A DNA stretch of 64,000 nt, taken from the NCBI GenBank assembly GCA_034780895.1, contig JAUZTB010000001.1:72769777-72833776 (forward strand), written 5' to 3'. Both the position numbers and the translations under genes were made by a program. Each line of letters starts with the position of its first letter. Position 1 is the stretch's first letter. Positions 35,387 to 48,299 of the stretch are shown here, in pieces. Source of the DNA: Rhynchobatus australiae (taxonomy: Eukaryota). Below the pieces are notes generated by a model that saw nothing but the letters and a program-made list of their open reading frames with translations, did no database searches and was not told where the DNA came from.

Positions 35387-38270
35387 GTCTTTTCAGAAGA
35401 GAGCAGCAACAGTAGCCAGGTCTATGGCACTATGACTGCCTCTGATGAATAACTGGAGAGGAATGGGGTCAAGGAGAACTGTAGTGACAGGAAACACGAT
35501 AGTTAGGGGACAGGCAGGAGCTGCTGTGGTTGCAAATAAGACTCCAGGATGGTGAAAAGACTCCGAGCAGTTGCAGGACATTCTCAAAGGGGAGGTGAGC
35601 AGCCAGATGTCGTTACTAATGACGTGTAGAAAAAGGTATGAGGTCCTGCAGAGTGAACAGAGGCAGATAGCAAGAAGGTTAAAATACAGGACCTCAAGGG
35701 TTGTAATCTCTGGACAACTCCAGGTGCTGCATGCTATTGAGGGTAGGAATAGGATCGAGCAGATGAATGTGTGGGTGAAGATCTGGTGCAGGCAGGAGGG
35801 ACTCGGGTTCTTGAACCATCGGGATCACTTCTGGGGAAGAAGTGACCAGCACAAAAGGGACAGGTTGCACCTGAACTGGAGGGTTAAATCAGGACCAATA
35901 TCCTGGCAAGAAGAGTTGTTGGAACTACTCTGGAGAGTTAAATTAGTCCATTGAGGGATGGGACCCAAAGCTGTAGTGTATCAGATGAGAAAGATGAAGT
36001 AAATATAGAGATTAAAGTGAGCAAATCCAGTAGGAGAGGACAGGCAAGAGGCAGGTCAAGGAAGCAAGGAAGATCTGATGGGCTATATATATTTAGTATT
36101 ATTTTAATGCAAGAAGTCTGACACACAAGGCAGATGTACTCAGGGCATATTTAGGCACGTGGGACTGGGATATTATGGCTATTACAGAAACATGGTTGAG
36201 GGATGGGCAGCTTAATGTTTCAGAGTACAGATATTTCTTGTGTGACAGAGGTAGAGGAATGAGAGGAAGGAGAGTTGCAGTCTTGATCAGGGAGAACGCC
36301 GTAGTACTTGGAGAGAATACTCCAAAGGGTTGTCCAGCAAGGCCATATTGGGTCAAACTTAAAAATGAAAATGGGGATTGCTTCGCTAGGATTATAGTTT
36401 AGGCCTCTCAATAGTCAATAATAATTAGGAATAAATTTGTAGGGAGATCATAGGTAGGTGAAGGAATAATAGAGTTGTTCTAAGTGATTTTGACTTGCCT
36501 AATATTGACAGGGACTGCCTTAATGCTAAGGGTTAGATAAGGCAGAATTTCATATGCATGTCCAGGTACGTTTTCTGAAGCTTCTGGAGGAGTGCACTCA
36601 CCCTTTGATTGTGAAATGAGGCTGGGCAGGTGGCTGATGTGTCAACAGGGGACCAGTGACCATAATTCTATTAGATTTAAAATAGTTACAGAAAAAGACA
36701 GGATTGGTCCAAAAATTAGTCTTAAATTGGGGCAAGGTTAACTTTGATGGCATTAGACAGGAACTGGCAAAGGTTGATTGGGAGAGGCTGTTTGCAGGTA
36801 AAGGAATGTCTGGCAAGTAGAAGGGTTTAAAACTGAGATAACAAGTGTTCAGGGCCAGTGTGTTCCTGTTGAGGTGCAGAACAAGGCTGGCAGGATTAGG
36901 GCACCTTTGGCTGATGAGGTACTCTGGTCAGGAAAAAGAGGCATATGAGATAAAGCAAGTCCCATGAGGAGCACAAGGGAATGTAGGGAATTAGAGGGCA
37001 AAAAGGGGACATGAGATGTTCATTGGCAGATAAAGGGGAATATTATAAGATTTTATAAGCAGATTAAAAGGAAGAGTAGGTCCTGTTAAGGATGAGGGTG
37101 GTCATCTATGTGAGGAGCCACAGATGGACAAGGTCTTAAATGAATACTACATGTCTGTATTACTGTGCAGAAGGAAGCCAGTGAGTTTGGGGAAGAGAAT
37201 AGCAATATCCTTAAGTGTATCAGCATTACGAAGGAGGAAGTGTGAGGTAGATAAATCCCCGGGGCCTGACCAGGTGCATCCTAGGACATTGTGTGGTAAG
37301 CAAGGGAGGAGATTGCTGGGACCCTGACAGAGACTTTTCTATCTTCGTTAGCCATGGGCGAGGGTACTGGAAGACTGGAGGGTGGCTACTTTTGTGCTTT
37401 TTATTTAGGGAAGGTTGCAAGGACAAGCTAGGGAACAACACTCTCTGAGCCTAATATCAGTGGTGGGAAAGTTAGTGGAGGGGATTCTAAGGGACAGGAT
37501 TTATTTTCATTTGGAAAGGCAGAAACTGATAGAGGATAGTCAGCATGGCTTTGTTTGTGGGAGATCACATCTCACAAATTTCATTGAGTTTTTTTTTAAA
37601 GGAGGTGACCAAGAGGATTGATGAGGGCAGGGCAGTGGATCTTAGCTGCATGGACTTTAGCAAGGCCTTCAAAGGTCAGAACACATGGGTTCCAGTGTGA
37701 CATAGCAACCTGGCAGTAGGAGGCAGAGGGTCGTAGCAGAGAGTTGCTCCTCATATTTGAGGCCTCTGACCACTGGTTTGGGCAGGATTTGGTGCTGGTT
37801 CTTTCATTGTTCATCACGTATTAATGATACAGAAGAGAATGTAGGTGGCGTGGTGGACAGTGAAGGAGGTTGCCCAAGGTTACAACAGGACCAAGATCAG
37901 CTGGGAAAGTGGGCAAAGGAATGGCAGGTGGAATTTAACTGACTCCAGAAAAGGGTGTAGGCAGACCGTGCAAGGTTCCCCTGTGGTTATGCCCCTCAAC
38001 AACAGGTATACCTCTGGACACTGTTGGGGGCTGGGGGAGATGACCTTTCAGAGGGCAGCAGCAGCTATGGCTGTAGCACTGTGACCAGCTCTGAGGCTCA
38101 GCAGGGGAAGGGTGCAGTCAAACTGACTGATAGTGATAGGCGAGTCACCAGTTAGGGAGATCGTGGCTGCAGACAAGACACCAAGATGGTGTGTTGTCTC
38201 TGGTGTGCCAGGGTCAAAAATGTCTGAGCAGTTGCAGAACATTCTCAAGGGGGTGGGGGAAGCATGTACT
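35387..38270 (+). mobile_element. Long degenerate CR1 LINE (ORF1 esterase, APE endonuclease, RT) followed by a second ORF1 fragment
   Basis: RVVISGQL...WCRQEGLGFLNH...RDRLHLN; IMAITETWL; DKSPGPDQVHPRTL; SLISVVGKLVEGILRDRI...SQHGFV.GRSHLTN; LQQDQDQLGKWAKEWQVEFN; many stops and frameshifts. Confidence 0.88.
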
Positions 38271-38376
38271 CGTGCATACAACAACACACTACTTTGAACA
38301 CCAAGCAACCTGCTGTTGCTGCAGAGTCAAAGTTCTGGCTAGTTACTAACCCTGTGCATTCCTTCTCACTACTCAG

Positions 38377-38445
38377 TATGTGCACTGCCCAGTGGAATGT
38401 GGTGGCCCCAGAGATGTGCTGGCTGACTCCCACAGCTTGGAGTAA
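38377..38445 (+). CDS. FN1: Fibronectin terminal coding exon with interchain-disulfide motif CPVEC and stop
   Basis: TACTAAC + pyrimidine tract + actcag|; phase 0 YVHCPVECGGPRDVLADSHSLE*. Confidence 0.94.
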   Translation, partial: YVHCPVECGGPRDVLADSHSLE

Positions 38446-39053
38446 GGTGGCAGACGGCAAGAGCAAAGCTGCGAGCGTTGGACAGGAGCTGCCTGGCCGT
38501 ATTTCTAGCCCACTCAACTGCACGCTCCCAGCTTCCGCACTCACACTCGCAACCTCTCTGCTTCTTCCAACCTACCTTGTCACAGCCTCACCCGCTACCA
38601 TCAGTGAATGTCCACCAGCAAGAGCCGATGGCAACTAAAGACCTCAAAGGAAATAGTTACAGGTTGGCTTTAAACCTGTAACTGCAATGAAGACAATCCA
38701 TCCACAAACCCACTGAGAGACCAGGCCTTTATAAGCTACACATGGGTTAAACAAGCAGCATTGCTAATTAATAAAGTGCACACCCTTCTCTTCAAATACT
38801 ATTGAACCCCTCCACCCCCTCCTGTGTCAGGTGATCAAAGTTGTAATTGTGTAACTGAACCAGCTGTTAAATATTTATCAGTATTTTCTCCCTCCTGCAG
38901 TGTTGTTATTCTCTTTAATTCTTATACTGTTGAATAAACAAGGATGCAACTGGTGCCAGAAGATTTTAATTCTTTGTCAGTATATTGTTTGTGATCAGTG
39001 ACTGTTTATAAGTGCCAGTGCTTTCCTAACTATGGAGAGATGAACCTTGTTTT

Positions 39054-39059
39054 AATAAA
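39054..39059 (+). terminator. Likely main FN1 polyadenylation signal (alternatives at 38770 and 38933)
   Basis: AATAAA followed by CA-rich candidate cleavage region and a GT-rich downstream element (gtgtggtcttcc). Confidence 0.7.
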
Positions 39060-39516
39060 ACTTTTAAACACCACAGAAAGCAGTGTGGTCTTCCTCTGCA
39101 GTAAGCAAATTCATAGTAACTTCTGAAAGGGAATTCTGCAGCACATTTAAACCCATTGGGCTGAATGGATTTATGCTAGAACAGGTCTCCATGAACCTTC
39201 TGTCACTCCTCTTCACCCATTCTTTTACTCTTTCCTCCCTCCTGTACTTTATTTAGCTTTTTCTCAAACCCATCCAGGCCACTTGCCTCAGCCACTGTGA
39301 TCCACTCTAGGTTGAGCATTCCACCCCCCCCCCCAACTATCAGTGGCTGACTATGGCCTTAGTTTTGCTGAGGGTGAACCAATGGAATACCTGCACTTGG
39401 GGTGGGGTAGAGGAAAAGTTAACAAGAAATAGCTACAGCTGAGGCTTCAAACTCCCCAATACAGCACTGCATGACTCCAGTTCTCAAGAGTAACCCAAGG
39501 CAATGTGTTGGACTGA

Positions 39517-39522
39517 TTTATT
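39517..39522 (-). terminator. Likely ATIC polyadenylation signal
   Basis: tttatt on + (AATAAA on -), about 115 nt after the ATIC stop codon. Confidence 0.7.
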
Positions 39523-39635
39523 TATAACTACAACCATTTGACTCCAGAGAACACAATTTCCAACATCAATACAGTAGCAAACAAAACATCCTACTACTGG
39601 GGCCCAGGATGGGCCGGCAACAGTGGGCAAACCTT

Positions 39636-39755
39636 CTAGTGGTGGAAGAGTCGGAGATTGGTGTGAAACAGAGTTATACCCAGCTGCTCGCACGCATCGA
39701 CCACCAGCTGGTCAGCTGCTGACCCTGATGGGGCAGCGATGAAATCCACTCCACT
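39636..39755 (-). CDS. ATIC: ATIC (bifunctional AICAR transformylase/IMP cyclohydrolase) last coding exon
   Basis: ttccag|[39 protein letters not shown]; diagnostic PurH C-terminus. Confidence 0.97.
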   Translation of the reverse strand, partial: SGVDFIAAPSGSAADQLVVDACEQLGITLFHTNLRLFHH

Positions 39756-42700
39756 CTGGAAAGGAGAGAGAAAAAAAACATGAATTTGATGTGTTTATGG
39801 TTTACAGTTATACAAAAGATTTGCACAGTAGCAGAAATTTTTTAAAACTGGAGAGCATAGGTTTAGGGTAAGAGATTCAGAACAAATTTGAGAGAAATTT
39901 TTCCAACCAGAGGGTGGTTGGAATCTGGAACTCACTGCTTGAGGGGCTGGTGGAATCCAACTCCCGCATAACATTTAAGCAGCACTTGAATCAGGACATA
40001 GAAGGCAATGGACAAAGTGCTGGTAAGTGGGACTAGTATAGACAATTAGTATCATATGGTGGGCCAAAGGGCCTGTTTCTGTAATCTAGGACTTTGATCA
40101 GACCCCATTCAGAGTAAATGTCGGGCAACCAGTAGATAATATATTTGGATTTTCAAGAAGGATTCCATTAAGATCCACCACACCAAGTGCTCATGATTTT
40201 GAAGGTAATAGAATGAATGCATAGAGATAAACAGGTAATTTTAAGGCTTGGCACCATTAAGGTGCCACAGGACTTGAAGTTTGGGTATGAACTGTTTACA
40301 GTGCACATTACACTTAGCTCCTTCATTTAAATCATTAAAGTACCCAAATTTTCTGACAATACTAAGTTACTCAGGAAAGCAAGCTGTAAAGTGGATGCAG
40401 AGTCTCCAAAAGAATTCATACTGGCTAAAGTATGTGGACAGGTAGAATATAGCACGGTGAGGAATATAAAAGGACCTTTCAAATTGGAAATAATTATTGC
40501 TGTACTTAATATTCNNNNNNNNNNNNNNNNNNNNNNNNNNNNNNNNNNNNNNNNNNNNNNNNNNNNNNNNNNNNNNNNNNNNNNNNNNNNNNNNNNNNNN
40601 NNNNNNNNNNNNNNGACCTTCTGCATAAGGGAGGAAGTCATCTTGTAGATAAATCAATCAATTAGGAAGGGAAATTGTACGTTAGGCTTAACTGCAAAGA
40701 GATTTATGTAAAAGACAGGTCCTTCACAGGGGGCTGGTGAAAACATAACCGAAGTACTAAATGCAGTGTTAATCCCCATATAAATGGATATTATTGTAAA
40801 TTGGTGTACCTGGGATTAGGGATCATCTCACTAACAGATGAAGACTCATCTAAATTTGCTGGAATTTAGAATCCGCAGTCCCTGTCAATGAGACATACAA
40901 CATGCAAAGTGGGATTGATACTTGGAGCAAGTGTTTCTGCAAGCCAGAGAACCAGCACTACTGATACCTCACGGAGGACATGGAGCAAGTACAGTGCAGA
41001 CTAACCAGAATGATATAATGGTTCGAAAGTTCATGTTCCCTTAAATACATACTAGTAGTTGATTGGTGGATGTTGACAGAGTATATAAAGACCATTTCCC
41101 TCAGGAATATCAGAATAATGGGTGTAAGCTTAATTTACATTTAGGGCATTCAGTGTCCCAAGGGGGGGTTGAGTACAAAAGCAAGGAAGTCTTACTGAAA
41201 CTATAGCCTTTGCCTTCCCTACTAAAGATGTACTTGTCTTAGAGACATGAAGATTGCATGACCANNNNNNNNNNNNNNNNNNNNNNNNNNNNNNNNNNNN
41301 NNNNNNNNNNNNNNNNNNNNNNNNNNNNNNNNNNNNNNNNNNNNNNNNNNNNNNNNNNNNNNNNNNNNNNNNNNNNNNNNNNNNNNNNNNNNNNNNNNNN
41401 NNNNNNNNNTAAGATGGCTGTGAGCCAGAGTCATACACCTTAGAGTCCATGCCCACTATTAAACACCCACTTACACTAATGCAAAGGGGGGGGTTGATGG
41501 AAATGTGGGAAGAATAAAATGGGAATAGAGGCAATTTACAGTGGCCAATCAATCCCCACACATCATTGTGATATGGGAGGAAACTGGGATACCCAGAGGA
41601 AACCAACGCTGGGGGGGGGGGTCACAGGGAGAATGTGCAAACTCCACACAGCAGCTATGGCCTGGACTGAACCCATGCTGCTAGCACTGTAAGGCAGCAG
41701 CTCTTTTCACTGTGCTTCCCTGTGGTCATTTACCTTTCCTGCCCTTATCCCTTTCACATCTAAATATCTATTGATTTTTTTTCTCTCAAATATAGTCAGT
41801 GACTGAACCCCTTGGGCATGGAATCCAAAGGCTCACCACCCTCTAAGTATATACATTTCTTCTAAAAACGGTTCTAAATGGCCATCCACGTATTTTGATA
41901 CTGACCCCTGGTTCCTGACACTCCAGTCGGGAAACGTTTCCCTCACATCTACCCTGCAAGCATTTTGTAAGTTTCATTGAAACCACCTCCAGTACTTCTG
42001 AACCGAGAAAGTACAGGCCCAATCTACTTGATCTCTCCTCTTACAAAATGCCATTGTGTATGTGAATCAACCTAGTGAATCTTGTACTACCTCAATGTAC
42101 TTATGTCTGGAATGATCTGTCTGGATGGCATGCAAACAATTTTCACTGTATCTCATTACATGTGACAATAATAAAGCAATTACTTTGCTGGACTAGGGAG
42201 AGCAGAGCTGCACACGCAATTCCAGATGTGGTCTCACCAGGGTCCTATATCCTAATTGAAGCAAGACGTCTATTATTGTACTCAAATCCTCTTGATAAAT
42301 AACGGCCAGCATGCCTTTTGCCTTCCAATAGCTTGCAGAACTTGCATGTTAACTTTCCTATAATTTCTGTACCCCTGAACACCAACATCACTCACCATTT
42401 AATAAATAGATGTCTTTTCTGACTAAATACTTTTTCTATCTAGAACTTTTCTGGTTTCTCTTCTTCTGCTTCAAGGTCCTCTGATAACCAATAGTGATCC
42501 CATGGCGACCTAGGGCAGTCCTGGTTTCCCACCTGACAGCAAGGCTGCCCAGTCACCCCACCCCAAGGCAGGTCCAAGCAGGTACCTCCCAGGGGTGCTG
42601 ATCACAAGGGTCACTATCTGCCACAGGATGCTCAGAGCAGCTCAGCACTGGAGACTGGCATCCCTGCAGTCCCAACAGAAAACCTCCATAACCTTGCAAG

Positions 42701-42787
42701 AGTGCCATCACGTTCATCCTATTAACCCACCACAGCATCCCAGCATTTAAAGGCAGTGGGCCATCATGAGCTTCCTACAACACTGAC

Positions 42788-42943
42788 CTTCTTGGCCCGC
42801 TCGACATTGTCCCGGAACGGAAAGAATGCATCGGAGCTCAAAGCAACACCTCTCAGCCTGGAAATCCAGTTCTTGCGCTCTGTCTCCGACAGCGGCTCAG
42901 GAACCTCCTCGAACATCTCCTGCCACATGGGCAGCTCTGCAGC
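42788..42943 (-). CDS. ATIC: ATIC exon (~15)
   Basis: cttcag|AAELPMWQEMFEEVPE...SSDAFFPFRDNVERAKK|gtcagt. Confidence 0.97.
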
Positions 42944-44702
42944 CTGAAGGGGTGTCACAAGATAATATCCGATCAACTCTGGAAATGATAAGTGGCTGCA
43001 GAACAACCAGCCCCTCCAAGTGGCCAGCTGTGCCTCAAGAGGGTAGCACTTTAACCTCAGTCTCCAGAGAGACTGCATCCAGGCTGACTCTGCTCTGCCT
43101 GGGGGATAGACCAAACATGTACCTCTGCTAACATCACCATAACCTTCCCTGGAAAATCTAACGCTGGTTTCCACATGAGCCGGCTCCACATAAGTTGGCT
43201 TCTGTGCTGCAAGAAATACTCTAGCATTAACATCACAGAGGGAACAATAGGGACACAAAGTCATGATGGTGCAATACCTGATTCACAAGTTATTTTCTAC
43301 ACATGTGCAGCTGAAGACAAGTATCCCAACAGGCTCTGGAAGGACACTCTGCTAGAGATATGCTGGGAGTCACAGAACAAAGTTAGTACAGTGAAGGAAG
43401 GTTATGTGACTGACACCTGGCAAGAGCATTGCTGGGACAGCGTCCTAGCTATATGGTATGGCCATGAAAAACAGTACGGACAAGATAAGAGCGTCTGGGA
43501 ACACTCTTATCCTGTGAAGGGACTGCATAATGTACTGAAAGTACAAACAGGCATCTTTATAATTAAGAACTCTAGCCTGATAAGGAAAGAGGATGTTTTG
43601 TTTACTTGGTTCTTGGATGAGTGACAATTTGAAATGATTGACTTCAAAATCATGAGGGTCCTGGGCTGGGGTAAGAACAAAGAAAGCTGTGGAAAACTTG
43701 AGGAAAAAGAAGGACAGTCCAAGACATTGGGAGCGACAACCCGGGAACACCCACTGCAAGGAGGGGGGCCCTGAATTCAGAACTCAGAAGACTACAAGCC
43801 TGTTGCAGTGAATCTGGCCAACTTATCTCATACAGGTAGCATTTGTCCAAGCCGTGAGTCTTCTGATTTAATACAAGTGATAAGTTGGAAGAGTAAATCA
43901 AGTATGAAGTTGTTAAAAGTCAGTGGTACACATACATGCTTAAATAACTTGAGTGTTAATAAGGATTAACCATAGAACAATACAGCACAATACAGGCCCT
44001 TCGGCCCACCGTGTTGTGCCGCCCATCAAACCACACCTCACTATCTAACCCTTTCCTCCTGCATATCCCTCCATCCCACATTCCTCCATATGCCTATCCA
44101 ACAGCCTCTTGAACCTGTCCAACATATCTGCCTCCATCACCACCCCAGGCAGGGCATTCCATGCATCTACCACTGTCTGGGTGAAAAAGCTCCCTCTGAC
44201 ATTCCCCCTGAACTTCCCCCCCATTACTTTAAATCCATGCCCTCTTGTCTTGAGCATTGCTGCCCTGGGAAAGAGGCACTGGCTGTCTACTCTATCTATC
44301 CCTCTCAACATTTTATACACCTCTATCATGTCTCCCCNNNNNNNNNNNNNNNNNNNNNNNNNNNNNNNNNNNNNNNNNNNNNNNNNNNNNNNNNNNNNNN
44401 NNNNNNNNNNNNNNNNNNNNNNNNNNNNNNNNNNNNNTAAACAGGTAATAGGGTCAACATATATATCCATGCAGGTCAAGAAAATAGCGAGGCACAAAAA
44501 TTTGCATCTTCACACAGACCCACTGGGTCACAGGTGGAGACAGGTTTGTATATGGAGGCCATCTTCCCCCCCCCCCCTCCCCCCAGAGTCTCAAGGTATG
44601 TGAACTTCCAAAGCCTCTGGAAGATTCTGGCTCACCAGCAGAGCACCACCTCTCTGTCACATCTACGTCAGACAACTGCACAGGTGCCGGGTTGCATGTT
44701 AC

Positions 44703-44882
44703 CTCTATCAGCCCGCCCACGTACTGATCGATGGCATTGGCGATCTCAGCCCGCTTAGTGCCTGCTTTGAACTTCATGGCCAGCACCTTCGGGTGGTGAC
44801 GGAGCCACCAGTGATCGGTCTTGTCACCTGCCAGCCTGGTGCAGTGAATGCGAGACTGTTGACCTGCACCGATGCCCAGAAC
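44703..44882 (-). CDS. ATIC: ATIC exon (~14)
   Basis: ccccag|[21 protein letters not shown]...[12 protein letters not shown]|gtaaca. Confidence 0.97.
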
Positions 44883-45928
44883 CTGGGGAAAGCAGCCAAG
44901 AGACCAGTGAGGACACAGATACCCATAAAACCACCAGACATACAATGCCCTTCCATCGCAAAGGTGCAGACTTAATTTCCGTGAGCAGTTTGATCTACAG
45001 CAACTTCTCTTATCTCCTGTTGTCTATGTCCCCTGGTTAGAGCTCACCCTATGTAGGTCTCTCATAATTTTGGAGTACTGAATTACTCTTGCAGCTACTG
45101 GGCAAAAGAAGGAGTCACAGAATTGCAGTGAATGGTAGTCGGAATTGTTACAGTGGGGAACTTGTTCCCTTTCTCCAAAGATGCAAATACTAGCTACCAC
45201 CCTCAGTACCTGCCAAGCACTGGAAGATCACAATACCCAGAAATGACCTGGTTGTGCCTTCCTGTTCACCCTTGTCCCAGTGAAGGTCAATAACAGTGGC
45301 CCCAGAGTGGGGCGACAGTCATCCCCAAGAAGTTGGAGGCTTTACTACACAGAATGGGAACAGAAATGGAGGGAAGCAAGAGCAGTGGTGCTGGAAAGCA
45401 GGAGGTACACAGGAAGGGAGCATGCAAGTGTTTACAGAGGGAGCAGGCTACGTGCAGGGGTCCCAGTCCTAAAGGAGAGGGTCCACTGTAGCACANNNNN
45501 NNNNNNNNNNNNNNNNNNNNNNNNNNNNNNNNNNNNNNNNNNNNNNNNNNNNNNNNNNNNNNNNNNNNNNNNNNNNNNNNNNNNNNNNNNNNNNNNNNNN
45601 NNNNNNNNNNNNNNNNNNCCCTGTCAGCTCCTGTTAGCAGCCCAGTGGGCCACAGGGTCTCAGGTTCTAGTTAAAGGAAGCGGACGGTTCTGCCAGTAAC
45701 AGCGAGTTCCAGACCTCACCACCCACGGGTGACAAGCATTTCCTCAGATTTTATCACAATTAAGCCCATACCCCCTTACTCCAGCTGACTGCAAAGTGAC
45801 TGCCTCCTGCCTGCAAGCAGGAAGGCATGCATCGCAACTGCTTCCTCTGCAGAGGAAGGGGCTGCTCGCTGCCTCAGTCCCCCTCAGCAGATGGAAGGCG
45901 CGGACCACCCACTCAACGCCCCACTCAC

Positions 45929-46021
45929 CTGGCCGTCCTTGGCGTAACACACCGAGTTGGACTGAGTGTACTTCACTGCGATGCTGGCCACCATCAGGTC
46001 ACGAATGGCAGACTCTGGCAG
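45929..46021 (-). CDS. ATIC: ATIC exon (~13)
   Basis: ctccag|[31 protein letters not shown]|gtgagt. Confidence 0.97.
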
Positions 46022-47312
46022 CTGGAGGGAGGGAGGGAGAATGGGGGTGGGGTGGGAAAAGATGTGAGGGGGGAAGGAGTCAATGTCAGTGAAATGACCA
46101 ACAGGCGGCTTCCCCTGCTTGAAGGTTACTCCCACTGGCCCCAAGGTCCAGGAACGCTCTTGCATTGGTCTGGTCGCAGGAAGCCAATCGAACAGGGGTT
46201 GGGTGCCGTGAGTGGGAGAGGCGACAAAGGTGATGGACCGCCCTACAATAGACTCGGACCCTAGAGACGCCCTTTGTCTGCTGACACAGGCCTCAATCTG
46301 AACCAGGGTTTGGCTTTGGATGTGGAATTCCCCCATCGGAATGATACCCCACCGTAGCCAGGCGTAGGAAGTCAGGCTGAGGGCCTTGGGAGAGCTGGTA
46401 ACCACCTTCGGAACAACTTGGGAGCTGGACGGGGAGCCAGAGCAGAGGACAGGGGTCACCTCCATACATTAGAGAACACCAATTAGTTCCTCAAGGTGAC
46501 CACGTGACACTGCGGACAACTTCATGGTTGCTTTCTTGAAATGGGAGCCCTGATGGACTTGGAGCCAAAGTTGAGGTGATGCTCGTGAGCGACTTCAGGC
46601 TGGTCAGCGGACAAGGCCCAGAGACAGGGCTGGGCTCTTCCAGTTACAAAAACAGCCTTAAACAGACTCCTGTCACAAGTAACTGTACTCCTGGTAATCA
46701 GAGGAGCAATGTGGTAAAAACAAGCAGCCCTTTGGTAGTGCATGCACTATACACTCAAAGACATGGCCCCCTTTGTAACCAGAGAGGAACCTTTGCTGTG
46801 TGTGCGATAGAATGTAATCAGTCCCAGGGTCAGCCAGCTCCTCACTTCCCATATCACAAGGGCTCACTTGCCAGCATCCAACCTTGTTTGTTTTGTCCAG
46901 ATTTCATAAAGGACAATTCCCACTCCCAACTCGTGATCCCATTGAACTAAGGATTCCAAGGCCAGCCAGGAAATAGTGACAAAAGTTGCTGGAAACACTC
47001 GGTAGGTCAGGTCTTACATGATGTTCCTGAACTGCCAAGCTTTCTCACAGTGTTCTGCTTTTGCTGGCCCCAGACTTCCAAAATCCACATTGTTTCACCC
47101 TGTCGGTCGATTACCCTGGGCTGAGTCAATGGTTTCAGNNNNNNNNNNAGGGACCACTCCAGCGACTTCAGCACAAGCCCCCGGCTGGCAGACAGCAACA
47201 CTCAGCTGTGAGAGCACGCCCTTCGGGCGACGTGTCAAACCGAGCTGCCGCCTGCCGTCCGAGCTAGGCATACAAGGGATCCCATCAGAAAGAATGCCTT
47301 TTAACCACTCAC

Positions 47313-47441
47313 ATCTGTCGATGACGTGACCTGGTTTTTGAACAGCAAGCGATTGATGGGTGCGTTGTTCCTCTTCTGGGCCAGGTGCAATCCAAAAATC
47401 GTTCTGGTTTCAAACTCATCTGGTTCATATTCTGGGTCCAT
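47313..47441 (-). CDS. ATIC: ATIC exon (~12)
   Basis: tctcag|[43 protein letters not shown]|gtgagt; not in ORF track. Confidence 0.95.
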
Positions 47442-47907
47442 CTGAGAAAAGAGAGGCAGCCTCTAAACCTAGGCATAGTTTACTCTTAAACTATCTCCTT
47501 TGCCATACCTGTAAGTGATGCAATATTAATGCTAGTGCATGTGTTCTCTCAACCACTTGGCATATGACCAGGCAGTCAGCCCAGAGGCTTGATCCTAGGA
47601 TTCAAGGGTTTGCCTGGACCACTAAACACCCCTTGGGAAGGGTTCAAGAGTAGGGTTAAAAAAGGCCAAGAAAGATATGCCCCCACCCACAGCAAACCCT
47701 CAGCAGAGGAAGAACTTATGTCCACTCAATGGCATTCTAATGACCTGCAGAGCAGAAAAACCAGAGTAAGTAACAGACCACCTGTAATCAGAACTCCTGG
47801 TCAGCTCTTTGGTCCCTTCTGCAAAACTCCGAACAGCATCCTGAAGACCAGCAAGAGGCGAAGCTAGGTGTCGCGTCAGAGCACACGGGGCTGATTAATT
47901 CACTTAC

Positions 47908-47997
47908 CCGAAGGACACAATAGTTCCCGTTTTTCTTCTTGGACAGGATTTCCAAGGCCGCCCCCTCGTAATCTGGAGCAATGATCCCATCTGAGAC
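47908..47997 (-). CDS. ATIC: ATIC exon (~11)
   Basis: ttacag|[30 protein letters not shown]|gtaagt. Confidence 0.97.
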
Positions 47998-48299
47998 CTG
48001 TAACATGGGCATCTTCAGAGAAGTTGCAGGAAGTCTCTACTGCCAGATCTCTATAGACGGGCTTCACTAAAGTACAGTTCCTACTTCCAATGCTTTTATC
48101 CAAGGAACCGCAGTTCCCGACTGGCTCACCCTTTCCCATTGTATTCCATTTATAAGGCATAATAAAGCGCGAAATGAAAAGACAAGTTTGGTGGCAAACA
48201 TAAGAGAATCCTGTCTTTCTGAGGTATGAAATCAGTCAGAGGGTAAGAAGAGGAGGAGGAGGAGAAAAGGGAGATCTGCTCTTGGAGACCATTGAGGAG

